Notes: generated from the letters alone by a model not told the origin. Positions 8,948 to 18,419 are shown, numbered from the stretch's first letter. The stretch: DNA of 64,000 nt from Bdellovibrionales bacterium (GCA_016716765.1 JADJVA010000006.1:407046-471045), one strand, 5' to 3'. Made by a program: numbers and translations.

Positions 8948-10710
8948 AAAAATCGTTTCTTATGTCACTTCTCTTGTTATCTCTTTTTCCTCTTACTGTG
9001 ATGATTCCGTCGGGCGTTTGGGCTCAGAACGACACTCGTCACCCGCGGGTGGCCGAGCTGGAAGACCAGTATAAAAGACAAGCCATGGATTTTCTGAAAT
9101 CTCGATTTCCTCATCTGCCGTTTTCAGTTGTTGTCAGCATTGATCCTCTGAGACGAGTTTCGGCTGACAATTATCAGGCGAAACAGGAGGCTTTACCCTA
9201 TTATTTACTACAAGATGAAGAAATTCGGGATGAGTGGGATGATCCCAATGCAACGCTGTATGTGCTGAGCAGGCGAATAAAATCTGTTCAAGTTTCTGTT
9301 TCAGTGCCTTCAACGGTTGCGGATGAGGAGCTTTCCGAAATCAAGGAGACTCTCATTTCTTCATTGAGGCTTGTTCCAGCCAGAGATAAGATTGAAATTT
9401 TGAAGCGTTCCTGGTCAGGCCTACCCAATTTTTCAGTTTATGCGGGGATTGGTTTGGCGGCCATTCTTATTTTTCTCCTTGGGCTTTATGCAATTACCCG
9501 CATGTCCTTGCGTCGGATGACTCGTGCGTTTAGTGAGTTGCAGACATCTTTGGGGTCAAAAAACAATCAAGCCTCTGTCAGTCCTCCGCCCGTGGTGTCG
9601 ATGGTCGAAGATAATAAGAACAATGGACAGAGTGGGGGTGATTTTCGATTTACGGATCCGATTAAGATCAGAGAGGTCATCGCAGGGCGAGTTCATGAGC
9701 TACTCTATTCGGATGAGTTTCCTCGTCTAGAGGACATTGTAAGCTTGGATCGGTTTGCACAAAATGATTCTCGTTCAACCGGAGCCCTGATCTCTGAATT
9801 TCCTCTCGATATGCAGCGTCGGCTATTTTCGCTTGGAAGGGGAGAATACTGGATGGAGTCCTTTATCGAGCCAGGAGAGTTGGTTCCCCAGTGTTTGGAA
9901 ATACTTGAGCGTCTCTGTCGAGTTCATAAATCAAAAAGAGGGAAGGAATGGGAGGCCTTGCTGATACAAGTTTGGCGAATGGACGAGTTAACAAGAGTGA
10001 GGTTTTTGCGGACAATTGATCAAGATGAATCAATGGCCATAGTTCATTCGATGCCAAAAAATGTTTCGGTGCCAACGGCACGTCAGGCCTTTCCGGGAAG
10101 TTGGGGTGCTGTCTTAGATCCTCAATTTCGTCCCGCTAAGATCACGGCAGAGCGAATCATGCAAATCGGCGAAAAGGCGATGGAGATTTTGCCTCCGGTG
10201 CCGTTTGAGATACTTGAAACATACAGGCAGGAAAAGGATCTCATCGCTTATCTCAATGTCTCTGATGTGGCTGCAGAGAGAGACATTTATCGAGCCTCCC
10301 CAGAAACGGCGATGATTCATCGAATAAGACCTCCCTTTTATCGTGTTGTGCAAGATGATAAGGCCTATATGGAGCAATTCGTTAACATGATTAGTTTAGA
10401 CGACTGGGCTTTGTCTCTGTTTAACGTGAGTCGAACTGAACGGGCAAATATAGATCGGCACTTTTCAAATAAGCAAAAATTCATATTTATTGAGAAATTG
10501 AAAGCACTTGATTCAAGAAACCCTGAGCTTCGCCAGATAGGATTGATCAGGGAGAGGATTGCCAGAAGTTATGCGGATTATAAAAAGGGAATAGAGCTCA
10601 ACCAAAAGGTTGGAGACATCGCGAGAAATCAGGAAATTGAGCCAGACTCTCAGGCTGAATCTGAAGCCAAGCAGAATGACAGTGGGGATACGGAAGAGAA
10701 TGTCGCCTAA
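8944..10710 (+). CDS. Membrane-anchored protein: signal peptide, periplasmic domain, one TM helix, cytoplasmic FliG/MgtE-N-like helical domain
   Basis: GTG start overlaps the motB stop (GTGA). Signal peptide; TM FSVYAGIGLAAILIFLLGLYAI. C-terminal DDWALSLFNVSRTERANIDRHFSNKQKFIFIEKLKAL resembles the FliG_C pattern. The family call is by eye only. Confidence 0.6.
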   Translation: MKKSFLMSLLLLSLFPLTVMIPSGVWAQNDTRHPRVAELEDQYKRQAMDFLKSRFPHLPFSVVVSIDPLRRVSADNYQAKQEALPYYLLQDEEIRDEWDDPNATLYVLSRRIKSVQVSVSVPSTVADEELSEIKETLISSLRLVPARDKIEILKRSWSGLPNFSVYAGIGLAAILIFLLGLYAITRMSLRRMTRAFSELQTSLGSKNNQASVSPPPVVSMVEDNKNNGQSGGDFRFTDPIKIREVIAGRVHELLYSDEFPRLEDIVSLDRFAQNDSRSTGALISEFPLDMQRRLFSLGRGEYWMESFIEPGELVPQCLEILERLCRVHKSKRGKEWEALLIQVWRMDELTRVRFLRTIDQDESMAIVHSMPKNVSVPTARQAFPGSWGAVLDPQFRPAKITAERIMQIGEKAMEILPPVPFEILETYRQEKDLIAYLNVSDVAAERDIYRASPETAMIHRIRPPFYRVVQDDKAYMEQFVNMISLDDWALSLFNVSRTERANIDRHFSNKQKFIFIEKLKALDSRNPELRQIGLIRERIARSYADYKKGIELNQKVGDIARNQEIEPDSQAESEAKQNDSGDTEENVA

Positions 10711-11280
10711 AATTGGAAAATTCAGAAAATCAATTTGGATTTCCGTTTGCCTCGTAGCCGCGATGGCTTTCTCGACTCAGAAAGCTCGGGCGACAAAGAT
10801 AGACGTGATGACAGGGTATTACAGCATAACGGCCGAAACGGCCACAGCCAGCAGCGAAATTTCAAATTTTGGACTCTATCGAATTAACTATATGATCTCG
10901 CTGCTCCCAAAAATGGAATTGATTGTTGGCTACAGTTTAATGATGAGCGACATTTTGGGGGCGACTTGGGCTTCGGGATCGACGGCTCTTTTGTTTATTA
11001 TCCGATCAGCACGAGTTGGAGGATACAGGCCGCCGTCGACAACGCCAAAATGAGTATTGACGGATTATGGAGACCCTATATGGGAATGGGCTTTTCCCAG
11101 AGACAGTTTCAATCAGTGCAGAGCACCTACGCCGGCTTTTCGTTTAACTTGGGAGTTGAGAGATCATTAGCTAGAGCCTTCGATTTAAAGGGAGAAGTTC
11201 GCTATCTTTTTTTGCAAGGCACTCGCGATTCTACTGCGACCGAATTGTCTGCAGTCGCTGGTGTCGTATTCTCCTTTTGA
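10700..11280 (+). pseudogene. Small outer-membrane beta-barrel protein, frameshifted in a G-run (10957-10961)
   Basis: Signal peptide VAAMAFSTQKARA. Alternating beta-strand pattern with a C-terminal ...AGVVFSF. Two overlapping ORFs (10610..11053 and 10966..11280) join if one G is added. The start overlaps the upstream gene by 11 nt. Confidence 0.65.
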
Positions 11281-11568
11281 GATGATGCTTTCAAGACATA
11301 TCTCAAATTGATTTTTTTGATATAACAAGAAATCTCCGGGCTGGAATGACTCGGTCTGATTCAGTTTATCCAACTGAGGCATATTTGTGAGTGAATATTC
11401 AGTCAAGAAATGTCGATTAAGGGTGTAGAATGGTCCAATGATGAGAAAATGGAATGCATTTGTAGCTTGAGGCTCATTTGTTATGACCCGAACTTAGACC
11501 TTTGAATTGCACCTGAGCTTTGATCAGGGTCTGGAAGAGAAGAATCGGTTATCTTTTGGAGATTTGTT

Positions 11569-13071
11569 ATGGCGAATTTCAAATGGAAGAAAGATGTTCA
11601 TGCGGCACTCATTGTGTTGAGGTCGGATTTTGTATGTTTGGATCTGAGTTCATCTTTCAGGTCATTTTTAGTTTGGTTCACTCTTGCCTTGTTGACTATT
11701 TCTCTTTCGAGTTGCAAGAAAAACAATAAGGCTTTCGATTTTCTTGAAGAGGAGCCGTCTATCTCGGCTGGCGAGGTTGATATTGTTGGATACACTCCTG
11801 AAGATGATCCGGTTGTGGTCGCAGAAGGAAAGTCAACCACATTTGCGGTTTCTCTTGGGCCCACGGCCGGAAATGAAGTTACCTACGTCTGGAAGCTAGA
11901 TGATGTTGAGGTGGCCACTGGCTCAAATCCATTCTATGTTTTGAATGGATCCTCACTCACTTCGGGTTCCCATTCGCTTGTTGTCGAGGCGCGGAATACC
12001 AAATACGGAGCTTCCAAGACCTTCAATGTCCGCAAGAATGCTGCTCCAACTTTAACATTGACGACTCCCGGTGCCACTGGAAATTCTGTCAACGTGAACG
12101 GATCGATCAGTTTTTCTATTCAGGCCGCTGATTCAGATGGAGATTCCCTCTCTTATACTTGGAAACTCAACGGAGTCGAAGCGCCGAGTGTCTTTGCGGT
12201 CACAAGTTCGACCACAACCTCGACAGCCATTTTTTCTCCAACTCTGACTCAAGTTGGTTCAGGTACTATTAAAGTTGAAGTCTACGATGGACATGATACC
12301 ACCTCTTATTCTTGGGGAATCGACGTCGTAAACCCCATCACTGCAGTTATCAACAGCTACAGTCCGACGACCGCGCTCGTTATTGTGACTTCAACTGGGA
12401 GTGTTGACTTTAGCATCAGTGCAACAGCAAAAACTCCAACAATTTATAGTTGGAAACTTGATGGTGTGGCGGTAGGAACGGCGACGAATCTCTACACCTT
12501 AACAGGAGCCGGATTAACTGTTGGGACTCACACATTGATCGCGAAGGTCGAGGATTCAGACAGCTCAGATACCCATACCTTTTCGATCAAGCGCAATGCT
12601 GCCCCTGTTCTTTCTAATCCTTTGGCAACGCCCAGCTCCCAGGTTATTAATTATGGCTCTCAAATGACCATCACTATCGATGGCACAGATGCCAATTCAG
12701 ATGCTCTCAATTACACTTGGACTTTAAACGGTAATCCCAGTGCCACACTTTCAGCAAGTAATACGGCAACAGGGAGTCAGGTGATTTTTCAGCCAAATGT
12801 TTCGCTAACAGGAGATCATACGATTTCGGTCTCAGTGACTGACAGCACCGAGGTCGCAAACTATTCCTGGAATGTGAGTGCCAATCGTTTTACGGATGCC
12901 TGCAATCAGTTGACGTCTGGAAAAATTTGCACCTTGGTGGGAGTTCCTTCGGGTGGTTCCGGCTTAAATTCGGTCGATGACCAAACCAAGCAAAAAATCT
13001 ATTTTCGAGATGTGATCGATGATGGGTCTGGAAATTGGGTGTATGCGGATAGTCATAATAATGCCATTTAG
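11569..13071 (+). CDS. Surface protein, N-terminal part: lipoprotein-like signal and four Ig-like (PKD/Big-type) repeats
   Basis: Repeat signatures TYVWKLDD, SYTWKLNG, IYSWKLDG and NYTWTLNG at a period of about 90-100 aa. Ends at the TAG at 13069-13071, which is in frame with the next ORF. Confidence 0.75.
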   Translation: MANFKWKKDVHAALIVLRSDFVCLDLSSSFRSFLVWFTLALLTISLSSCKKNNKAFDFLEEEPSISAGEVDIVGYTPEDDPVVVAEGKSTTFAVSLGPTAGNEVTYVWKLDDVEVATGSNPFYVLNGSSLTSGSHSLVVEARNTKYGASKTFNVRKNAAPTLTLTTPGATGNSVNVNGSISFSIQAADSDGDSLSYTWKLNGVEAPSVFAVTSSTTTSTAIFSPTLTQVGSGTIKVEVYDGHDTTSYSWGIDVVNPITAVINSYSPTTALVIVTSTGSVDFSISATAKTPTIYSWKLDGVAVGTATNLYTLTGAGLTVGTHTLIAKVEDSDSSDTHTFSIKRNAAPVLSNPLATPSSQVINYGSQMTITIDGTDANSDALNYTWTLNGNPSATLSASNTATGSQVIFQPNVSLTGDHTISVSVTDSTEVANYSWNVSANRFTDACNQLTSGKICTLVGVPSGGSGLNSVDDQTKQKIYFRDVIDDGSGNWVYADSHNNAI

Positions 13072-13104
13072 TTTTATAACCGTTCAGGATCGAATATTGT
13101 TCGC

Positions 13105-15255
13105 TTGGAAAAGACAATTCCGACTGGTACAACAGTCATGATTATGAACAACGGTGCTATTGGTCGAACGGATGACTTCAGTACGTACAACAACTTTAAA
13201 TTGTACAATCCCAGCGGCATTGCCTATGATGCGGCAAATGATCGCCTTTTTATTGCTGATATCAGCAGCAACCGCGTCGTCAAAGTAGATTCATCAGGAG
13301 TGGGATCGACTCTCCTTGGAACCTTGGGAACCGGTCAGGGAGGCGTAACAAACAGTCAAGATACGGCCGGGACGACGCACGTCTGCGGGAGTCCTCGTGA
13401 TTTGGTGTACATCAATCCGGATGTCTATGTGACTTGTTCTCAATCTAATTCGATTAAGATGGTGAATGCGAATACCGGGCTAGCTCGGGTTGTGGTCGGC
13501 ACAGTGACATCCGGGTCAACAGCTGCTGGCAATGGAGAAGGAACAGCGGGGAGCGGGGCTGGAACAGCTCAAGTCAATGCTCCGCAAGGAATAGAAAAGG
13601 ACTCTTTGGGCAATCTCTATTGGACCGAGGTTGGATCGGGCAATGATTGTCGATTGAGAGTCTGGAATCGAACTGCTGGTACAATAAACTTTTTTAACTC
13701 AACGGTCTCGGTGCTTTCTGGAGAGACGGCGACTTTGGCGGGATCGTCCACCAATTGCACCTATGTGGGCGGAGCTCGTGCAGCCATTCGATTGGGCCAG
13801 GTTTACGGATTAGGAGTTCATGAATCCGGTGGAGTGGTTCAGGGGTTCTTCTTGCCGAGCTATAACTATCATCGCGTGATGTATATTAATAATTTAAATT
13901 CGAGCCAGGTTCATGGTGGAACGACAGTCAATGCCCTTGAGGGTGCTACCGTGATCGGAGATGGAACGGCTTCCTACAATGGAGATGGCGCTCTTGGAAA
14001 CCTCATTCGCGTTTACTACCCCTTTAATATGTCGATGACTGCGACGGGCAATGATGTCCTCCTCGCGGACTACTCCAATCTGCGAGTGCGGCGAATGACC
14101 TTGGCCTCAGGCTTGGTGTCGACCGATGTGGGTGCTGGTCGGTTGCGCTATGGGCTTGTGGGTGGCTCCGATGAAAGTGCAAGCGAAACGGTCCTCAATT
14201 TGCCTTATGATATGTCAATCGATGCCGGCAATAATAAGCTTTATTTTACCGACAGCGGAAACTACCGCATTCGTCAGGTCGATTTGATTACGGGCTTGGT
14301 GTCGACAATTATTGGAGAAGGGAATGCTGGCGATGGGAATATTCAAAACGAGGATCCGACAAATGTGAGGATGCGTGATCCGCGTGGAGTGATTCCATTT
14401 GGTGATCACTTGTTGTATTCAGATGCCACATCTGGGAATTGCGTTGTGCGTGCGTATAATCGAGCTGCCACCGCACAAAGTATTTTTGGCGTGACAATAA
14501 ATCCATTAAAGGTATCAACTATTGCCGGAAACACAATTGCGGGGTGTGCGACATTTCAAGGAGGCGGAGGGGCAGCCACCAATGCGCGGCTTCGCAATCC
14601 TGAAGGCATTGTTTCAGATGGGACAAATCTTTTTATCGCGGACAGTGCCGATGATTGTATTTTAAAAGTTTCCTCAGCTGGAATTATCAGTTCTTATCTG
14701 GGCACTTGCAATTCCGGAGGCTATGGTGAGGGTCCATTGGCAGGTATCACTTTAAACGACCCCACCTCCATCGTTTTTGATCCGAGCTATCCGGGTACGG
14801 GTAACTTCTTTTTTGTCGATCAGACCAATGTAGGAACGGCGAGAATCCGATATGCAAACTACACGGGTGCTCAAGTCACGATTGCAGGAGTTGCTGTCAA
14901 CGCCAATAGCGCAAATACCATTTTTGCCGAGACGGGGACTCCTCGACTTTATGGAATTGCGGCCTTTTCGAGTCAGCTGTGTTATTCATCTGGTCATACA
15001 AATGGTCTGAATGGCAATCACAATGTCATTTGTCGAGATCGAAACTCTGGCCTTGCACCGGTCACACTCAGGGCTGGGTCCAACCTAGGCGATGTCAAAG
15101 GCTCTGGTGGTCCCCTGCACTATGAGCATGAAGGCGTTGATGCTTTCCAGGCTCTCTTGAATAGACCAGGAGGATTGGCTTTTGATGCATCGGGAAACCT
15201 CTATATTATTGAGCGAAATAATTCCTTGATTCGCAAAGTAAAACGTTGGTTTTGA
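13105..15255 (+). CDS. Surface protein, C-terminal part: NHL-repeat beta-propeller region (same frame as 11569..13071)
   Basis: Repeated NHL-like units (NPSGIAYDAANDRLFIADISSNRVVKV, LYFTDSGNYRIRQVD, NLFIADSADDCILKV, NLYIIERNNSLIRKV). The frame is open from 13072. Confidence 0.75.
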   Translation: MEKTIPTGTTVMIMNNGAIGRTDDFSTYNNFKLYNPSGIAYDAANDRLFIADISSNRVVKVDSSGVGSTLLGTLGTGQGGVTNSQDTAGTTHVCGSPRDLVYINPDVYVTCSQSNSIKMVNANTGLARVVVGTVTSGSTAAGNGEGTAGSGAGTAQVNAPQGIEKDSLGNLYWTEVGSGNDCRLRVWNRTAGTINFFNSTVSVLSGETATLAGSSTNCTYVGGARAAIRLGQVYGLGVHESGGVVQGFFLPSYNYHRVMYINNLNSSQVHGGTTVNALEGATVIGDGTASYNGDGALGNLIRVYYPFNMSMTATGNDVLLADYSNLRVRRMTLASGLVSTDVGAGRLRYGLVGGSDESASETVLNLPYDMSIDAGNNKLYFTDSGNYRIRQVDLITGLVSTIIGEGNAGDGNIQNEDPTNVRMRDPRGVIPFGDHLLYSDATSGNCVVRAYNRAATAQSIFGVTINPLKVSTIAGNTIAGCATFQGGGGAATNARLRNPEGIVSDGTNLFIADSADDCILKVSSAGIISSYLGTCNSGGYGEGPLAGITLNDPTSIVFDPSYPGTGNFFFVDQTNVGTARIRYANYTGAQVTIAGVAVNANSANTIFAETGTPRLYGIAAFSSQLCYSSGHTNGLNGNHNVICRDRNSGLAPVTLRAGSNLGDVKGSGGPLHYEHEGVDAFQALLNRPGGLAFDASGNLYIIERNNSLIRKVKRWF

Positions 15256-15285
15256 TTCGTGGTTTTGATCATTGGTTTTGATCTG
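15247..15285 (+). repeat. Three perfect direct copies of TGGTTTTGAT at a 13-bp period
   Basis: TGGTTTTGATtcgTGGTTTTGATcatTGGTTTTGATctg. The first copy overlaps the stop of the upstream gene. The array lies about 50 nt upstream of the M16 peptidase start. Confidence 0.9.
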
Positions 15286-15332
15286 TGAGCCCAACGTCTA
15301 AAACGGAGAGTGATTGGGATGATGGGTAAAGA

Positions 15333-17369
15333 GTGAGCCATGTTCTTCTCAGTATTTTTTTCTTGGGTCTCGCTTGTCTTGCTTCAGCTGAAGAAGAATC
15401 GCCATCTTATTTAGATGATCCCTATAGCCAGATTGAATTCTTCGTCCTCGAGAATGGCTTAGAGGTGATCCTCGCGCCCGAATCGGCAGCTCGAACTGTG
15501 AAGGTCTACTATGAAGTTGACGTCGGTTATGGATCCGAAGACGCCCAGAACCTGGGGGTTTCCCATCTTCTGGAGCATGCCCTATTTAGGCACCCAGATC
15601 TTTCATCAAATATGTCCTTTCTTGATGTCATCCAAGAAATGGGAGGACAGGGTAACGGAATTACTTCGAAACTGACGACCTCGTATTTTGCGACGGTACC
15701 TAGCAAGAAAGTGACTTGGACAATTCAGACCTTTGCAAAAATGATGTTGGGTAGAAAAATTCAAAGGAAGGACTTGGAGAAGTCGCGTCGTGAGGTCCAA
15801 TTGGAAATAGGGGAAGCCAATCCGGTGACTTCGATTCTTGGATTCGACGCGGCCAAATGGCTCACTCTTCCTTACCTTAAAGCTCCGGAATTCTATGAGT
15901 ACAACTTCGGCATGGATATTGGTAAGACCTCCTTTACCGAAGAAGAAAATCGATTGTCCAACCAAAAAATCAGATTGGACCAGGTTCAGGATCGCTATGA
16001 TCGCTATTATTACCCTGGAAATTCTAGACTTTATGTTGCTGGAACCTTTGATCCGACGAAGATCAAGGAAGTATTGCGAGCTTCTTGGGGCTCATTTTCA
16101 TCAAGTTTCAAACATGAGTTAAGGCCTACACAGACTCCCCAGCCGCGGGGTAAACCTCATGTCATCCACGACATAACCTCTGACAACGTCCCAGGCCTTC
16201 AGGTGGGTACTCTGCTTTACGATTTGACCTATTTAGAGGAAGTTGCCGTTAATATTTACATCAATTTTATGGCTAGTGAATTGATGAAGGAAATAAGAAA
16301 TCAGAGGGGACAAACCTATACTGTTGTTCCGCGATACTACACGGAGTCTGGAGTTGGCTTTGCGAGTGTTGAGCTTGAGGCACATCGGGCTGACTATGAA
16401 GACATTGAATCAAGGGTTCGATCAATCTTTATGAGCATTGCCGAAAGAGGACTTTCTGGTGCTGAGTTCGAAAGTGCGCGTGCAGCCTATTTGAAGCAGC
16501 TCAGTTTAGTTGAATCTGACAGTGAATCTCTCTATTCCCTTTCTGCAGCCTGGAGAGAGTTGCGAAACCGTTACGGAACGGATATTATTTCCCCTTACGC
16601 CATGGTCCGAGATTTGACAACAGAGCAAATGAATGAAGCCCTAAAAAAACATTTCCAACCGCAGCGTCGTCTTGAGATACTGGATTCAGCAAATATTCTT
16701 TTTCGATACGATGATTGGGTTTTTGGTTTCATTGTTTTTCTCATTGGGCTGGCCGCGATGAGATGGATCACATTAAAGCCATTCAACCACAATGAGTTGA
16801 GGTGGGTTCGGAAGGTTCGATATCCTGGCTTAAAGCTTGTTGAGCTCTCTGCTCTGGCTCTCTCTGCATTTCTGTTTGATCATGCGAAATATGTTCTGGA
16901 ACAAATAATTCCAGAATTGATCGATCTGCGTCAGGTGATGATTTTTAATGGATACCTTTTGCCCTGGACGGAATCTTTGGCAGCCGTCGTGATCTTGATT
17001 GCCACGTTTAGCGCCTATCCACGAAAGCTGATGGTGGTGAACCATTCCTTGCTTGTGAAAAGTTTGACGTTTTATTCCTATCGCATTGCGTTTGAGGATG
17101 TCGAAGGAGTTGAAGGGGTATTGTATTTGAAGCACATTGTGTCTTGGAAAAACCTGAAGGAATTAGGTTGGCGACACTATATTTTTCATCCATTTGTTTG
17201 GGAGCCAGCTCTGTTGGTTCGGACGAAACAGAAGTCCTATGTTTTTAGTATCAAAGAGGGGAATGAAGCTGCAAAAGAATTGAGAGAACTCATCGATGAT
17301 TTTAGGAAGACTAATTTGTTCGAAAATAAGCCAATACTTTTTCCTTTGCCTCAGATGAAGCTGCGTTAG
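15333..17369 (+). CDS. M16 (pitrilysin/insulinase) family zinc peptidase with C-terminal membrane-spanning extension
   Basis: GTG start and signal peptide. HxxEH motif (VSHLLEHALF). The C-terminal ~220 aa carry about 3 TM helices. Confidence 0.8.
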   Translation: MSHVLLSIFFLGLACLASAEEESPSYLDDPYSQIEFFVLENGLEVILAPESAARTVKVYYEVDVGYGSEDAQNLGVSHLLEHALFRHPDLSSNMSFLDVIQEMGGQGNGITSKLTTSYFATVPSKKVTWTIQTFAKMMLGRKIQRKDLEKSRREVQLEIGEANPVTSILGFDAAKWLTLPYLKAPEFYEYNFGMDIGKTSFTEEENRLSNQKIRLDQVQDRYDRYYYPGNSRLYVAGTFDPTKIKEVLRASWGSFSSSFKHELRPTQTPQPRGKPHVIHDITSDNVPGLQVGTLLYDLTYLEEVAVNIYINFMASELMKEIRNQRGQTYTVVPRYYTESGVGFASVELEAHRADYEDIESRVRSIFMSIAERGLSGAEFESARAAYLKQLSLVESDSESLYSLSAAWRELRNRYGTDIISPYAMVRDLTTEQMNEALKKHFQPQRRLEILDSANILFRYDDWVFGFIVFLIGLAAMRWITLKPFNHNELRWVRKVRYPGLKLVELSALALSAFLFDHAKYVLEQIIPELIDLRQVMIFNGYLLPWTESLAAVVILIATFSAYPRKLMVVNHSLLVKSLTFYSYRIAFEDVEGVEGVLYLKHIVSWKNLKELGWRHYIFHPFVWEPALLVRTKQKSYVFSIKEGNEAAKELRELIDDFRKTNLFENKPILFPLPQMKLR

Positions 17370-17393
17370 GAAGAATGACAAATTGAGGATACT

Positions 17394-18419
17394 GTGAATT
17401 TAATTTTTTTGATGATTCTTTTTGGTATTTCAACTATCTCATGGGCAGCAGAATCAGGAGGTCGAATGACCAAGGGTAAATACAAAGAGGTTCCATCCAG
17501 GGAAGAATTGAAAAAGCGCCTGACCCCTGAACAATATTTCGTCACCCAAGAGGACGGAACGGAACCTCCGTTTGAGAATGCCTATTGGAATAAAAAAGAC
17601 GATGGCATTTATGTCGATGTTGTGACCGGCGAGCCCTTGTTTAGCTCTCTCAATAAATATGATTCTGGGACCGGATGGCCCAGTTTTGATCGAGCTCTGG
17701 TCGAATCAGAAATTGTCAAAAAGGAGGATCGCAAGTTTTTTTCTAAAAGAACAGAGGTTAGATCAAGATATGCGAATTCTCATCTTGGTCATGTGTTTGA
17801 CGATGGTCCAGCGTCCACAGGGCGTCGCTATTGTATCAATTCAGCGGCTCTCAGGTTTGTATCCATCGAGAGAATGAAAGAAGAGGGCTACGGTGAGTTC
17901 TTGTTTCTTTTTGCCGAAAAAAAAGGGTGGAAATTGGCTACTTTGGCAGGGGGGTGTTTTTGGGGAGTGGAAGAGCTGATTCGAAAAATTCCAGGAGTCA
18001 TTGAAACTCAGGTGGGATATAGCGGGGGTGATCTGAAAAATCCTGTTTACGATATTGTAAAGATGGGTAAGAGTAATCACGCTGAGGCGGTTCAAATTTT
18101 ATTTGATCCAAAAAAGTTAGCCTATGAAGAAATTTTGCTTCAGTTCTTCAAACTTCATGATCCAACGACCTTAAATCAACAGGGCAATGACAAAGGAACG
18201 CAGTATCGTTCTGCGATTTTTTACGCTGATGGTGAACAAAAAAAGATTGCTGAGGCTGTAAAGTCTCGAGTTGATAAATCTGGAAAATGGAAAAGTCCTG
18301 TTGTGACTCAAATAGTTTCGTACAGAGATTTTTGGCGCGCCGAAGATGTGCATCAAAAATATTTAGAAAAAAATCCCCAGGGTTATACCTGCCACTTTGT
18401 TCGAGATATCAGTTTTTGA
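17394..18419 (+). CDS. msrAB: Secreted bifunctional methionine sulfoxide reductase MsrB-MsrA
   Basis: MsrB motifs GTGWPSF and RYCINSAAL. MsrA motif [10 protein letters not shown]-terminal signal peptide. Confidence 0.9.
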   Translation: MNLIFLMILFGISTISWAAESGGRMTKGKYKEVPSREELKKRLTPEQYFVTQEDGTEPPFENAYWNKKDDGIYVDVVTGEPLFSSLNKYDSGTGWPSFDRALVESEIVKKEDRKFFSKRTEVRSRYANSHLGHVFDDGPASTGRRYCINSAALRFVSIERMKEEGYGEFLFLFAEKKGWKLATLAGGCFWGVEELIRKIPGVIETQVGYSGGDLKNPVYDIVKMGKSNHAEAVQILFDPKKLAYEEILLQFFKLHDPTTLNQQGNDKGTQYRSAIFYADGEQKKIAEAVKSRVDKSGKWKSPVVTQIVSYRDFWRAEDVHQKYLEKNPQGYTCHFVRDISF

